Assembly: GCF_000002075.1 (NCBI RefSeq)
Contig: NW_004797321.1
Location: 356,835 to 420,834 of the forward strand
Source of the DNA: Aplysia californica
Taxonomy: Eukaryota
DNA length: 64,000 nucleotides
Reading direction: 5' to 3'
The position numbers and the translations under genes were made by a program. Shown here one piece after another: positions 11,849-25,870 of this stretch. How positions within the stretch are numbered: the stretch's first letter is position 1; each line of letters starts with the position of its first letter. Below the pieces are notes generated by a model. That model did no database searches. It was not told the origin of the DNA and saw nothing but the letters and a program-made list of their open reading frames with translations.

Positions 11849-13724
11849 GTTGGTGATCTCTCTTTGTTTCATAACAGTCTTTTGTGAGCGCCTGATTTAT
11901 ATGGAGATTGTTTAACACGTTAGGTTTTGTTTTGGTTTTTGTAGGTATGTGTAACTGCTTGTAGAAATTGCTGGTAGAACTAAGTTTGGGTTTGTTTTGT
12001 TCTCTTACACACCAGTCCAAACTGTCCCAGCATGTGCCAGATTCTCAGATTAAACATTTCAGTTTGGGATTTGGGTTAAGGTTTGAACCATTGAGCTAGA
12101 TGAACTAAAGGGAAGTTGCCTGTTTTGGGTTAATGTGTTTTCACGAAACAATAAGCACCTGTCTCCTATTCTTGGACTGGTTCATAGAAGAACCAGAACT
12201 GCTGTACGAGTGTATATATGTTATTGTCATTATCGTGATTATTTTCTCCTTATGGCCTAAATGGGCCTTCTGGTTGAAGCACACTTTGTCCAACAGTTCT
12301 CAAAAGTAACAAGTATGCAAATTGTTTCAATGTTCAGTTCATGTGTATGACAGTAGAGTGCACAGTTCATTGGCTAGTTGATTTACCTCATCACTTTGTA
12401 CCCTATTTTTAATATGTGATCGTTTGAAAAATTTTAATCCAGTCCAATAAGCTTTACTATTTCCTTTATTTCCTTATCTTTCTTTGCACGCCATCCAACC
12501 ATTTTCCTCTAACTCTTGAAAGCCTAACTAATTCCTTAACCCTCTCTGCACAATGATTTTTCTACCTCTGTCAGAGGTTATGGTTTTGCTTTTTTTGTGT
12601 TAATTTCTTTCTGAGACTCTAGGTTTGCATGCTCGGCTCTTCTACTTAAGTATGCTTTAATGGTCAGGATGAATTATGCTGATAAAGGTTTTCTGAGAAT
12701 TGAAAAACGTAGTCCCTGAAAAGTTTGCTGTTTACTTTGTTACTTGAGTCAATCTACTGGTTTCAAGCTTAGACACCATTTTATTGTATGTTTTGGTGGA
12801 ATATTTTTTCAATTGGATTATCGTCCTTTTCCATGTGGGTTTTGATCTTTTCCCCAAAGCTGTTGGCATCTTTGGATTGATGGTTTTTCAATATTATATG
12901 TTTCTTGCTGCAAAGGGAAAATGGTTGTTTGGATCTTTGAAATCACTTGATCTCATCGAAATGGTTTTGATCTAAAATTTCACCAGATGATGGGAAATGT
13001 TAAGACAGTAACTGATATGACACACTTTTTGGCTGTTATCTCTAAAATATCAGAAAGTAGTGATTACCACTGAAAATCTGAAGATAGTTGAAAGGAAATT
13101 AATATGCCTAAGAAATCTTTTGTTTTCTGTCTCAGTGAAGAAATAATGAAGAATTTTTAGTTCAGAATTAAATAGGGTTTTTTTTTTTCAATATGACCCT
13201 GGTGAAGCAGACCAATAGTTAAATGCCTAATCATCAAAGAAAAGGTTAGCAAATAGGAGCAATGGCTGCTGACACCGCGACTGCTGGAAAAATGCCTGTA
13301 GTAAGAAAATGTCCGCATTTCATCCACAAAATGTCCTCTTTTTATCTGAAGTGAAATGAAATATACACACTGCCTGAACATGTTGTGGGAAGAATGCAAG
13401 AGGACAGTAGCATACTGTGTAATGCTTTGGGTGTGTTCTAATTTGTGTTTGATCTTTGCATGCCAAAAGAATTCCACAGTATTGCTTGAATATTTATGTT
13501 TGCTGCACTGTTGTTCTTGTAGTCTGGGATACATATTGAGAGTTCTCTGTGTAATTCTCAGATCCTTGCTGTTACTTTATTACTCTTTATAGTACAGTTT
13601 TGATAAAGGCCCTGGCAAACTTATATGCGGCATCGAAACTTTTGGTGTTTTTTAGAAATTGGAGGTTGCTGTATGAACACCAGGGGTACTGTCAACTTGA
13701 AGGGTCTCCTTGTGCTTAGAGGAA

Positions 13725-14068
13725 GCCTCAAGTACTTGGTATTAGATAACCAGTCTTGAGTACTCGGTACAAGATAAGCAGAGTAAGTCCTAAGAGCAGG
13801 TTAAGACATAATCAGAGGAAGTCTCATCTATTAGATTGATATAGGATAATGAAAATAAGTCTTTACTTCCAGAAATGGAATGATCAAAGTCCCAACAGCT
13901 TTTTGTGAAGAAGTCAAAGTCCCAACTACAAGATACAGATAATCATAGTCCCAACTTCAAGATTTGAGATAAACAGAGTGAGTTTCAACTGCTCGGTATG
14001 AGGTTTACAATTAGGATAGAGCAAGTCCCAACTGTTAGGTTTGACATAATCAAAATCCCAACTTCTTC
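13725..14068 (+). repeat. Degenerate minisatellite, ~30-34-bp unit
   Basis: Repeated AAGTCCCAACT...AGATAA.CAGAG. Confidence 0.65.
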
Positions 14069-16680
14069 AAACTCTCCACAAAATGGTTTGACTCTTTATC
14101 TCCGAGGGGAGTAAACCCACATCACAGGGGGCAATTTTTGGTACTAAATCTAAAAATGACAAAAATGTCACTAAATGGGCCGTTAAATCAAAACAACTGA
14201 ACCTATTTTGATTGTTATTCATCTAATAAATGAACCCCCCGTAAAGAGACCTGTTTTTGGCAATTGCCGAAAAGTAATTGGACATTGAAGTTGTCGTAAA
14301 GGAATGCAGCCCGAGCCGTTGCCAGCGACTCACCAGTGGCTCACCGGCACAGCTGCTCTGAGCCACTGGGAGTGACTTGCCGTTGATAAGTAGCTAGTCA
14401 GCCAAAATTACTCAAGAGTGGTGACACATTTCTCGATAATTAGACTAAAAAACTTTACGATCGTACGACTGATGTGAAAAGAATTTAGCTTTGACTGGAA
14501 GTCAAACACGGGAGTGATGTGGACAATTTCAGATTAGCAAGATTACTGCTGAGTAGTGTTCTAGCTCAATAAGATGAAAGTTTCACAAATGTTTGGTAAC
14601 AGAAAAAAAACATGCCGATTAAAAGAATGTTATGGCAGTGTTTTTGCTTTTGATGACACTGACATAATTGGTCCCGTGATGAAAAAAATGCGTATTTGTG
14701 AGCCAGATAACTTTATAGCACCACTTGTGAAACTCAAATGTTTTAAGGTTATTAAAAGTTGGTGTGGAATGTCATGTGTATATTTCATCTCGTTCCATTT
14801 GTTCGTGGTTAAAATAGGATAAAAACAAATAGCTCTTTTTAATCTTCTCTGTCTAAAACAAAAAGTTGCCCTATTTTCATCAACACCACACATTTATTGA
14901 CCACTTGTAAACTGAGGGGACATATTATAACTTAATGGGTTAGTGCTCATGTCCCAGTCAGTTCAGAAGTGGAGCATGCTAATTACATTTTATGGGAAGT
15001 TTTTGGTCTTGACTGCTGTCGAATCTACAAGACACCGTGTAAAAAAGTGCAGGTAGTGAGTGGTAAGGAAAAAAAACCCCATAAATGAAAGGTCTGCTGT
15101 ACCATGACTGATTTTTTTATCCAAACTCAAGGCTTTCAGCCACTTCGCCATTTTCTGTTTATAATGATATGTTGGTGAAAATCTAGCTGGATGCTTACTC
15201 AAGAGTGGAGACTCATTTCTCAATAAATTGGCTAAACCAGGGGTTTCCTAATTAATAGTTATTCTCCCACTTTTAGGTTATTAAATTCTCAAAATGAATC
15301 TTTAAAAAAATCCAGTTGACTTGATCTGTATTCCTTGATTAATTACAGTGGGCACGAAAAATGATAATAACAACTGTGATAAGCTCATAAAAGATACTGA
15401 GTTCTTGCCTATGAGACATAGTGCAATAGATGAGTGAGTAAATTTTGAGAAGCACATGCTGATGTCCAGACAGTCTACAGGGGAAAAACTACATGATTAC
15501 ATTACTTTGAAATGTGGAGGCAGGGCTGTGTGTTGTCTCAAAGGGGTATATTTGTGGGCTATTCTACTTAAAGTCATTTATTGTTATAGGCATCTTAAGG
15601 ATAGCCCAATTAAAGAAACTTTTTACTTGCTGGATCAACATATTTTTTAAAGAATATTTTTGTTTGGGTGCTGGTTTACAGGAGTGCTCTACAAAATTAT
15701 GTGCATATTGGCAAATTAATAAATGAGCTAGAATTTCTTTAAAGCTGACAGATGACAGTGGAAAAACTATAGTTCGATGTCATTTCCATTTTGCTTATTT
15801 AACAATTTGATCATTTGCATGAGTGTGAGTGTGTTTGAGAGAGAGTTTGTGTAAGTGGGCACACTTTCTGCTCTTTTACTCTGCATGAACAGCTTAACAT
15901 TTGTGGCGTGCCGGAGATTTTTCTGGGTATTTCTTTTCTGTTTTACTTACCATAATTAGTTGTTTCTATGCTGTTTTTCCTTGTCTTTACATTTTAATCA
16001 TAGAGGTAAGCTGGCATTTACTGGTGTGGTGATGTCTCAAATTTTGTAGAAGAAAAGGCTTCAAAATGTAAGGGGTCACCTTCTTGATGCATTACTGATG
16101 CAGTTTGAGGTTTTGTTCCTTTTTCTTTTACTCATTTCTTTTCTCCCCTTTTCCCTGAAGAATGGAATCTTTTTAAAAAAAAAAAAAATCTCAGTTGTGC
16201 ATAAATCTCATTGCGTCATATCATGCATTTGTTGAACATTTATACTGTCGTTTGATGGAAAGGTCATATGTACTTGTTTTTGAAGATAGCGCAAATCAGT
16301 TTTTCAGTTGCTTTTGTTTAGAAATTCAAAGTCTTTGAGTAGAAATTCAATCTTTAAGGATATAAAATAAAAATTGTTTTCCTTTCAAGACGGATTGTGA
16401 TAGACATTGAACTTCCGAAAGAAAAATATTTTAAACATTTCATAGTCACTGTTTGCTACATTGCAGGTCGGTGCTGGTAATGAACTTGACTCAGGACAGT
16501 TTTAGCTCTCAACACTGTGACAATCTTTGTCCCTGCATATGTATGTTTTTCGTGTTACATACTTTTTCAGGGAAGCCATATTTATTTTATGTTATGTTCA
16601 GTATTATCATTCCCTATGAGCTGAATTATTGTTTCTTCCAGTCTTTTGACACAATTCCTTCTCTGTTGCTCCCTTTAAAG

Positions 16681-16725
16681 GTTTATAGTTTTAGGAGCCG
16701 CTCACGGGCCGACACTCAGGACGTG
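16681..16725 (+). CDS. WDR7: Candidate 45-nt cassette exon (VYSFRSRSRADTQDV)
   Basis: tgctccctttaaag| acceptor, GTG|gtaagc donor; phase 0-0 and open; GC-rich island in an AT-rich intron. Confidence 0.45.
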
Positions 16726-17520
16726 GTAAGCTAGGCTTGGAACTGAATGTACTTTTGGCGTTAGCAGCTAGTGTCTAGACATTGGGTAGAGACTGATAGA
16801 GAGACATCCATTCCTTTAATGTCTGATGAGTGTAGTGCACTAAACATCTCCCTTAGATTTTGGTTCTTCTTGTTATGTTCTTTTTTCTTTTTTTTTCATT
16901 TGTTTGAATGATTTTTTTGTTTGGCATCTTCTCTGGTGTCTTTATTTTCTTAACTTTCACAATGTTTCCTACAATTTTTTAGTTGTTACAGCTTCGCTGC
17001 TGTCTTTTTTGTTAAACTCTACCAATGTTATATAGAATTATTCGGTACTTACACCTTATGATCAGTAGAATGAATTTATTTGAGAACTGATCATGTGTTG
17101 GTTTTTTTTGGCCTTCATGCATAATTATGAAATGATGTTCTGGTGCAGACTTTTAAAGTACCAAGACATAGTGAGCACCAGCATCGGTGGCACACTTTCT
17201 AATGGGCAGGAAAGAAGTTTTCTTCTGTTCAGATTTGCTTGAGTCTGAGTTATTAATAGTAATGCGTTCCGGAAATTTTCTGAGGATTTGAGTCAAGATG
17301 AAAAATAATGTTAGAACTATAATTTTAGCAGTCCCAAGTGGTACGTGCAAGAAATTTTTCAAACTTAGAAGTGACAAGTTGTAGTAATTTATTTTCTAGG
17401 GAGACATATCAGTTTTCCATGTCTTAAGGAGACATGCATGACCTCCAGCATAAGACTTTAATGGGATGCTGTCTGTGAGTTTTCATTTCTTAACCTACGT
17501 CATATGACTTTCTTACTGGC

Positions 17521-17710
17521 ATCTGTGGTGTATCCGTTAGGCTCTTTGCTGTCACATACAGGAGACCCGAGTTTGATTCTCAAGTGGGTAGAAATTTTAT
17601 ATAAAGTGTCTCTGTCTTTCTGCTGGGATGTTTCCCTCCCAGACTGGGTTGCCCCTGCCTGGCAGGATCAGAAAGCTGCCTCCTAAATTATGTAGATTGT
17701 GTTGATGGGG
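17521..17710 (+). mobile_element. tRNA-derived SINE (related copies at ~11003-11200, ~24165-24215, and a minus-strand head at ~54305-54360)
   Basis: A-box-like TGGTGTA...GTTA and B-box-like GAGTTTGATTC followed by a shared CTGCTGGGATG...CCCT body. Confidence 0.55.
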
Positions 17711-17882
17711 GCGTATGTTTTATTTGATGACTTACGTCACAATAAGACTTCCTTATGTGATGCTGACTGTGTTTAATTTCATGACTTATGTCATGATAAG
17801 ACTTTGTATTTTATTGCCAATTCAGGGATTTTTTTCCATTTTCTCGTTCATTGGTTGTTAGAAAGGTCGCTGGCTGCCTTTA

Positions 17883-19560
17883 CAGAGCTGGTAGTAACGG
17901 AGTACAAGTACTCCGGTATTTGTACTTACGTTACAATTTTCGGTACTTTTACTGTACTCCGGTACATTTTTGAAACCAGTACTTTTACTGTACTCCGATA
18001 CTTTTTATAAAAGTACTTTTGAGTACTTTTCAAGTACATTTTGAGTACTTTGGTAGCTTAATGAAAGGGTAAGTGCAGACATTTCTGATCATAATTTACG
18101 GAACAAAAAGTTGAGATCAAAGAACGGCCCGTCGCCTCAAAGATCAGCCACTATCGTGAATGTGATCACAAGTTTGCTCCAGACGGGATCACACCGAGGT
18201 GTGAACTGACCGATGCGTTTCTTTTCCCCAAACATCGCACTCGCATCTGACCTCACCACCTAAACTTACATCACTCCCTGGGTGGGTAGGGCCTACAAGT
18301 TCGCTCCAGGCGGGATCACATCAAACTGTGAACTCTTCCCTGACCATTGAAAGCAGTTTTCCCCGAATTTGCGAGACAACCTGAATTTTAATTAGTGTGG
18401 TCACATCGTAATGGTGCGTAACCGACAAAGGAGGTTGGGGGGGGGGGGGGACTCAATCAGAGATGGAAAGCTAAAATTGTTGGACAGGTAAAGGGGAGGG
18501 GCAACTGGATAAACGTAGATAAAGATCTCAAGACTCACGATAGGCTAATGAGTGTGTTATATATTTATTATTTATGGCATGCCTCATGCCACTGTGATTG
18601 GTCATCAAGGTTGACCACTCTTTGTTTGCCGTATGTCATAAATCCACCCAGGGGTCACGTCAGTTCATGGGTCACTGTAGATTCTTCCTTGGCTTCGTTG
18701 GCTAAGATCCCATATTTTCCTTGCTTCCGAGCACTGGGATCTTAGGTGGAGACTACTGCAGAAGAGAATCTTTGGTTACACTACACTTACTAGAATCTAG
18801 GAAATTACAGTATAGGCCTATTTTGGTTTGCCGTGGGCGCCGTGGACTACACAGTGTGACCAAAATCTGTCAGACCACTATAATCAATTGAAACTGAAAC
18901 TGTATTTTCAATGTGTATCTAACAATTTTTAGGCTGCCTAAATTTCTTTTAAACTTTTTTTGGGGTGGTTTTTGCTTAAGGCTACATTGATTCCTTGAGG
19001 ATTTGTTAATGAAGAATTCAATGCACTTTTCCATTTCTATGCGGCCATTTTCATCAATTTTATGTTTTCTTAAGAGCAACTTTGTATCTACATTTTTCAA
19101 TTTGGATACTCTTTCTGTAGAACTTTCCGACCTCTAGGACTGACTTACATTTGATCACATTGTCTTGCTCAAACAAGTTCTATTTATAATATCACATACC
19201 CACTAGTTGCGTCAGTTCGTTTGGGTTGTTTTTTGTTCAACTTCACGGACCATTTCCACCGTTCAGTGCGTATATTGTATATTCAAATGCTTTGTAAACT
19301 GTTTACATTTTTAGTAATAAATAGCCTAATTTGTCAAATATACTGGATAAGTTATAAAACATGATGTTTTGCATAAGCGCTGAAGTGTTTTAGCATATTA
19401 GCAGAAAGTACTCAAAATGTACTCATAAGTACTTTTTAAAAAAGTACTTGTACTCAAGTACATTTTATAGGAAAGTACTTTTACTGTACTTAAGTACATT
19501 TTTTAGATTGTACTTAAATTTATACTTAAGTACTTTTTAAAAAGTACTTTAACAGCTCTG
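17883..19560. mobile_element. Non-autonomous hAT element (1678 bp)
   Basis: CAGAGCTG...CAGCTCTG TIRs; 8-bp TSD TGCCTTTA/TGCCTTAA; dense AGTACT subterminal repeats at both ends. Confidence 0.85.
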
Positions 19561-20685
19561 TGCCTTAATGTGTTCTAGTTCTATATGTTACTACAGTTAT
19601 CTTGATGATTTATTTTATTGCATTGAATTAACGACTCTCATTTGTACAATGATGTTGGAAGCTCTTTTTAAAAAGGCTTGATCCATACTAGTGAGCCTCT
19701 GATATTGTTTCCATACCTTTGGGTTTTGACAGTGGTTATGCCAAACTAGTGTGTTAGAATTTTGACATGTTGAAGGTGGTGTTGGGAGTGCACAGTTATT
19801 TTATCTAATAAATTAAAAATGTGATGTATCCAAATGATGACAAAAGAATTAAGTACAAGAGGTGGTGTTAAAAGGTTAAAAACTAACTCACAATGGGCAT
19901 GCTCATTGTAAAAAGGGGTCTGTTTTACTCTTGATACGATTCCATATGGGTTACAGATTGTGGATTGACACAAGCAAATCGTCGGATTACTATGATATAT
20001 TGCCAGTTGACACGTATAGGGTTAACACATGGGCTATGAGTCAGTGCCTTAGTAGCGTGTTTGTTGGTGACATCACCTGGGGAATCAAAGTATTTCTAGT
20101 CATTTTTGGCATGCCTGTATGTGTCATGATGTGGTACATAAGCAGTGACATTGTGTGCATATGTGCTTCTGTGTATGTTCTCACATGTGTGAGTATATAC
20201 GCTTGAGGCCAAGCCATGCACATTTTTTCAAAGGCTGCCTGTTTTTAGCTTTGAGAATGCAATTTTCACATTTTGTTTGTGTTGTTTTTTTAAAGGAATG
20301 TTTTGGTTTGTTTTTTTTTAGTCTGTTGGATTGTTTATCTGTCTGCATGTTTTTCTTATTTTTGTTGTGGTTTGATCTGTCATGTATTAGGAAGCTTTTT
20401 ATTTGGCCTACTTATCATATTTAATTTTGTGCTCTAGCTGTCTTCTTATTGTTAGCTCTTTGCTTTTCTATTGATTCACTGTCACTAGGGACTCTTGTTT
20501 TTCAATCACTTTAGAGGCTTTGAAATGGCATGCTCAGTTATGTGATATATTGAAGGACGATGTGTGATGTTATGCCTTGGATTATCAAATGCAATCACTT
20601 GCAGCATGCAATTCTAATTTTTTTTTTAAAGAATTTTTCCAAATCTCATATGTAGACAATGCGAAGTTGCTGTATCAATATAATT

Positions 20686-20717
20686 ATGTGTGTATGTGTA
20701 TGTGTGTGTGTGTGTGT

Positions 20718-20748
<31 letters not shown>

Positions 20749-20980
20749 TACATGTGTGTATCAGTATGTGTATGTTTGTTTGTATTTGTGTGACTGTCTG
20801 TGTCTGTGTGAGTATGTGTGTGTGTGTTTAATTTTGAATGTATGTGCATGTGTCTGTGTATACATGTATGTTTATGATATTGTACTTCTGTGTATGTGAG
20901 TATGTCTGTAAATGTGTGACTGTATCTTTGTGTGTGCGTGTGTGTGTGTAACTGTTTGTATCTGTGTATGTGTGAGTGTA
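20686..20980. repeat. (TG)n/(AG)n compound microsatellite region
   Basis: Directly visible. Other microsatellites lie at 2129, 2691, 29148, 29511, 45090, 49954 and 58850. Confidence 0.9.
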
Positions 20981-21056
20981 TCTTTCTGTTTACTTGAACG
21001 TCTCCCCTCACATAATGTCATACCCTTCTAACCCGCAGATGGGTTCATTGGGAGCG

Positions 21057-21240
21057 TGGGTGGTTGGCGGGTGCTCTGGTGTGGTTTGCTCCTTCTTTCC
21101 TATCAAACCTCTATCGTCCTTACCTCCCCTTCTTCTTTTTTAATGTTTAATACTCTCCTGTAACACCTCTAATCTTCTGGCGCTCATATGACCTTATGCA
21201 GTTGCGAGTGCCGTAAAACTCTTACTAAAACTAAACTAAC
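21057..21240 (+). mobile_element. Short retroposon family 1, representative copy (others at ~21502, 29833, 31085, 32406, 55748, 56418, 58394, 59033; 3' fragments at ~686, 31430, 50822, 54227, 55900, 59586)
   Basis: 12-bp TSD TCATTGGGAGCG; 5' end TGGGTGGTTGG; LINE-like 3' end GGCGCTCATATGACCTTATGCAGTTGCGAGTGCCGTAAAA with a (CTAAA)n tail. Confidence 0.85.
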
Positions 21241-21938
21241 TCATTGGGAGCGGCCTTACTTAACCTCACAAAAAGAGTTACTAGCACCTAAAGGTTAATG
21301 CTCCTCATTGTTACCACTTCCTACTACCCGACACTAACTGGGACCGGCGTCTATGGTGGAATGGTTATGCTCTCCATTTTTGCACATAAGTGTTAACTCT
21401 GTTCCTATGAAGGGGTGGGTGGGTGGGTTGCTTTTATCGAGTCTCTGTCTGTCTAATGGGATACTTTCAGCCCGTATTGTTCCTTCCCTACCCCGCCCCT
21501 GTGGGTGGTAGGCGGGTGCTCTGGTGTGGTTTGCTTCTTCTTTCCTATCAAACATCTATTGTCTTTATCTCCTCTCCCTTTTTGTGTTTGTTACTCTCTT
21601 GTAACACTTCTAGTCTTCGGCACTTATATGACGTTATTGTGTTGCAAGTGCTGTAAAACTCTGACTAAAAATTAAAAAACTTCCCCACCCCCCATACTCT
21701 GTCTGTAAAATGTTTAGCAAAGAAGTATGTGAAAATTGAAGACAGAACAGATCTGTGTTTGGTAAATAATGTAATGTACCACTCACAGCAGAACTGGGCT
21801 TTTAAAAAGAAACCCAACTCTCTATCAGTAGGGACGTGAACATTTTTGCTTGTGTATTCTTTGTTCTTTGCATCTGCATTGCCAGTGATTTGTGGAAACA
21901 TGAATATATTTGTTGTTATTTTTTTCTGTATTCTTCAG

Positions 21939-22084
21939 ATCTACGATGCCAGTGATTTCACACTTCTGTGTTCTGAGTCTAATCGTCGAGGAGAGAGATG
22001 GACGGGCGGAGATTTCCTCAGTGTTGACCGAGTCATTGTATGGAGCAATGAGGGACGGGGCTATCTCTACAAACTGCCCACCAA
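21939..22084 (+). CDS. WDR7: WDR7 coding exon 7 (IYDASDFTLLCS...WTGGDF...YLYKLPT)
   Basis: ttcttcag| acceptor, AA|gtgagt donor; phase 0 to 2. Confidence 0.93.
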
Positions 22085-22299
22085 GTGAGTCGTTATCGGG
22101 AGAACCTTTAGAGAGGTTTCCCATACTTTACCTACCTGTATTGTATCTACAGGTTAACATCTAGTTTTGTCTACTGGAATTATTTATTTTGATTTTTTCT
22201 GTCCCTTTCTTTTTAACCATTAGTCTTAGGATGGTACAGTTATTAATTGCAAGCTGAGGTCAGTCAGAAATTGTCCTTGTGGGTGGAGTGTGTGCAGAA

Positions 22300-22592
22300 T
22301 GTGGGTGTAGGTTGTGGGTCTGGACTGTGACCTCTGTTGAAAGATTATGGGTCTAGATTTTAGCCTTTGTTTAAAGATTGTGGGTGTAGATTGTGATCTT
22401 TATTGTAAGATTGTGAGTGTAGATTGTTGGCTTTGTTGTAAGTTTGTGTGCGTAGAGTTTGGCTTTTGTTGTAAGATTGTGGGTTTAGATTGTCACCTTT
22501 GTTGTCAGATTACAGGTGTAGATAGTGGTCTTTGCTGAAACATAGTTAGTAGGTGTAGTTCATGACCTTTTTTGTAAGATTATGAGTGCAGA
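22300..22592 (+). repeat. Degenerate minisatellite, ~33-bp unit
   Basis: Repeated AAGATTGTGGGTGTAGATTGTG.CCTTTGTTGT. Confidence 0.8.
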
Positions 22593-25500
22593 TCGGAGGG
22601 GATATCTTTGTTATGTTTACAAATGTTCACAGTCTATGCTGGGATAAAGAATATCTGACCAGTACTTCTAGAACTGAGGAAACGTTTGTGCCCCATGCAT
22701 TTTATAATGTGGTTGGTTGATGGCTGGAGAGCCCCACTTGCGGAAACTGCTTCTTTTCTCTCCTTTTTTGTTTCCGTCTATGAGTGGTTGGAGGGTGGCA
22801 TTCAAAGGTTCAACCCCTTCGGTTGCCTCTGTCTTCTAGTTTCTATATCAGTTCATATACTGACTGTGTAGACTGTTGATTGATTGTATCATTTATAGAG
22901 GTGTCGATGCACCAGGAATGTGGGTGGTTGGAGGGTAACACTGGTAGGTGCTACTTCTTATCTCTTCATCTGTTGTTTCTGTCTGTTTGGGTTGTTCGAG
23001 GGTACCCCTTTGCTCCTCCCCTGCTGTTTCTTTCTATAAGTCACTATTTTTATCCTAGCACAAAATTATGATTGCTGTTGTGTCAATGTTACATGTATTG
23101 CTCTTTTTAGTCAAAGCTAATTAAAACAATTTTTTAAAGTATCTGGGCAATCAGGGAAGAAAACTATTAGAATTTGGTTTCCAGATTGTTGAAACTACCC
23201 AGTTTAACAAAAAGAACTTGGCTTACCAAGTGGAAAGTACCTGAGGGTTCATTAGCCAAGAGGTAAGGTGTTCACTTCTGTATTCAAAGTGCTTGGTTGT
23301 ATCCAGCCTTATTGCCTCGCTTAATCGGGACCACTTAGCGACAGTTCTCTTGCACATACTTTCTAGATGGCTACAAATGTTGATTTTCATCTGCTCATGG
23401 ATTCTGGCTTCACACTGGCTATGTAGTTTTGGGCTTGCAGCTTAGCTGTAATGCTTATACAAGAGTTACCAAATATGTGAAAAAATATTTGACACTTTAA
23501 AATATTGTTTTTTCCCTCCGTTGTACTCCTTAATGGACGTGACTTAACACAAATGTCAAAGGCTGTACGTTTGATTCTGAACTTTCCTCAGGGATGCGTT
23601 ACATTATTGCACCAAAAGCCTCAGTTGCACTCTGGATAAAAGGAAAGGCAACATTTTTATATAACAGGATTCGTTGCCTCTTGGTCCGAAAATTATTGTT
23701 AATTTTTGTTTGTACCTCTTTTTTTGTGTGTGTGACATGACAGCTTTTCTTTTCGGTCTCAAGCCTGTTGAATGCTATTTCCAGAAATGTCTTAGACATC
23801 TTCATGCTAGAAGTTTTTCTGACATCTTTCACGCTCTGTGCTTGGCGATCACTCTTTATTTGTCTTTATGATAATGTGTCATTCCAGTGAGATAAGATTA
23901 TGAATATCATAAATATCAAACTTGTTTGCTGTGCCTTTGCTGGTCTGCTCTGTACTTGATGGTACAAGCAATTTTTTGGGTTAGATTTAGCAAGATTTGC
24001 TGTCTGTGCTGTTGTGTGAAGGCCACTTTGGTTTCTACGAGATAGGTTGAATAACTGATAAATGATCTCGTTTCCCCAGCCAGAAATGCTTGCACTGTGT
24101 CCTTTCTGGGAAGCTTAGAATGTTTCTGGGAGTTTTAGGGTCTGTTTGGGTAATAATAGTTGTCTCCATCTTTCTGCTGGGATGCATCCCTCTCAGCCTA
24201 GGTTGACCATTACAGGCAATATTGAAGTAGCCCCTGTTATAAATTTTCATATTAATCTCAATGGAGGCGTATAAGATTTGAATGATTCACGAATGTGGTT
24301 TGCTTGGTTCAGTTTTAATAAAACTGTTTACCTTTTAGTTGAAGATGGAAAAGAACCCCCCCCCCCCCCCCAAAAAAAAAATAAGAAAAAAAGATCTTTC
24401 GACTTTTGGGGATGGACTGATTAATGTTGATCCTGTGGCAAATTTTGGGTACACCCCAATGTTTACCCATAGAAAGGGCTGTGAGATGGCGGGAAGTTTG
24501 TGTGAAACTACACAGAGGACGTTTTTACCTTCTATGAGAGCACAGAGAATTGATTGTGAATTTTATACAGGTGTTGTGAGTGACAAGAACTGAGGAGTTT
24601 CTGCTGAAATTGAATGTCTTACTTTCTGTTCTTCGTGTTCAAGTGTCATGAATGTGCAAATGTTTCATTGTTGGTTATTATTGTTCCACCAACTCTTTTC
24701 CCTTTGGTAAATTCCTGGGAGTCAATACACATTTGTTGCATGCTCAAGCGAAGGGGGGAAAGGAGACTAAAAAATGTTAAGTTACATTTTTACTTCTTTT
24801 TTGGGGTTTTTATCTGTATTACTTTACTTTTCAAATATAGATGGGTTTTTTAAAAACTTGCAATTGAAGGTGATGGGAGTCTTAAGCCATTTTGAGCGTG
24901 TCTCTGATGTTTCCTTGATTATGTCTACTTGAGATAGCTCATGCCATTCTCAGAAAAGAAATATCTTGTGATGGAAAATGTATATTTAGAAAGCAGGGGT
25001 CATCTTCCTTCCTTCAAAGTGAATTATTTACTTTTTTTCTAATGGGTTTGATAAAATTGCACCTGAACAAAGTCTGTCCAAATCTAAAGATACTTGCACT
25101 TCACACTCATATAGGACAGTGTTCCAGAGATAGCAAATTCTTCTTGGACACTATTCCAAGGATGGCAAACTTTTCGCGGACATTGTTCTAGGGATAGAAA
25201 TTACCGGTTGTACTGAAATATTAGTAGGAACAAAACACTAGGTTTAAAATGTTTCCATGGTACTAGTTTGTACACTTGGTGGAAGTGTTCATTTGTGGTG
25301 ATTTCTTTGAATGATAAGTTGTGTTTACTTTATTGTGTTAATGGTTAAGTTTTCCCACAACTTTCCTCTGGTTCGTCCAACCGTCACATGCCTTTTAAAA
25401 ACTATCCGTCCTTTGTGAGTCTGAGGGAATGCTTGTGTCACATAATGAATTTTCACTTGGCATGCATCGCATGACATGTCGGAGGTAAATGCGTTGTTAG

Positions 25501-25870
25501 AAAATATAGAGTGGAAATAGTTTGGCCTGAAATTTTGGCCAATTAGATTTTTTTTTTCAATTTGCTAGGTAGTATAAATGGAAGATACGATATAGGGAAA
25601 GAACAGTTGCAATGGTAAAATGTTAGAAACAATTGCATTGGGTAAAAGTTATTTATCTGTGAGAAAGTATTGTTTGTGAAGCTCTAATCTTTTCATATTT
25701 AACCTAGATTTTTGTCATCGTTTTAAAGATTGCTTGGCTTCTTTCTTCCTATCTAGTATTTCGTTTTGGAGTGTTCTCCTATTGAGGAATTTCATTTCTT
25801 TTATAAAATAATACAAAAAGACTGAAGTAGTAATGAAGAAAAGAACAAAAAGAAATAGTACTAGTTCATT

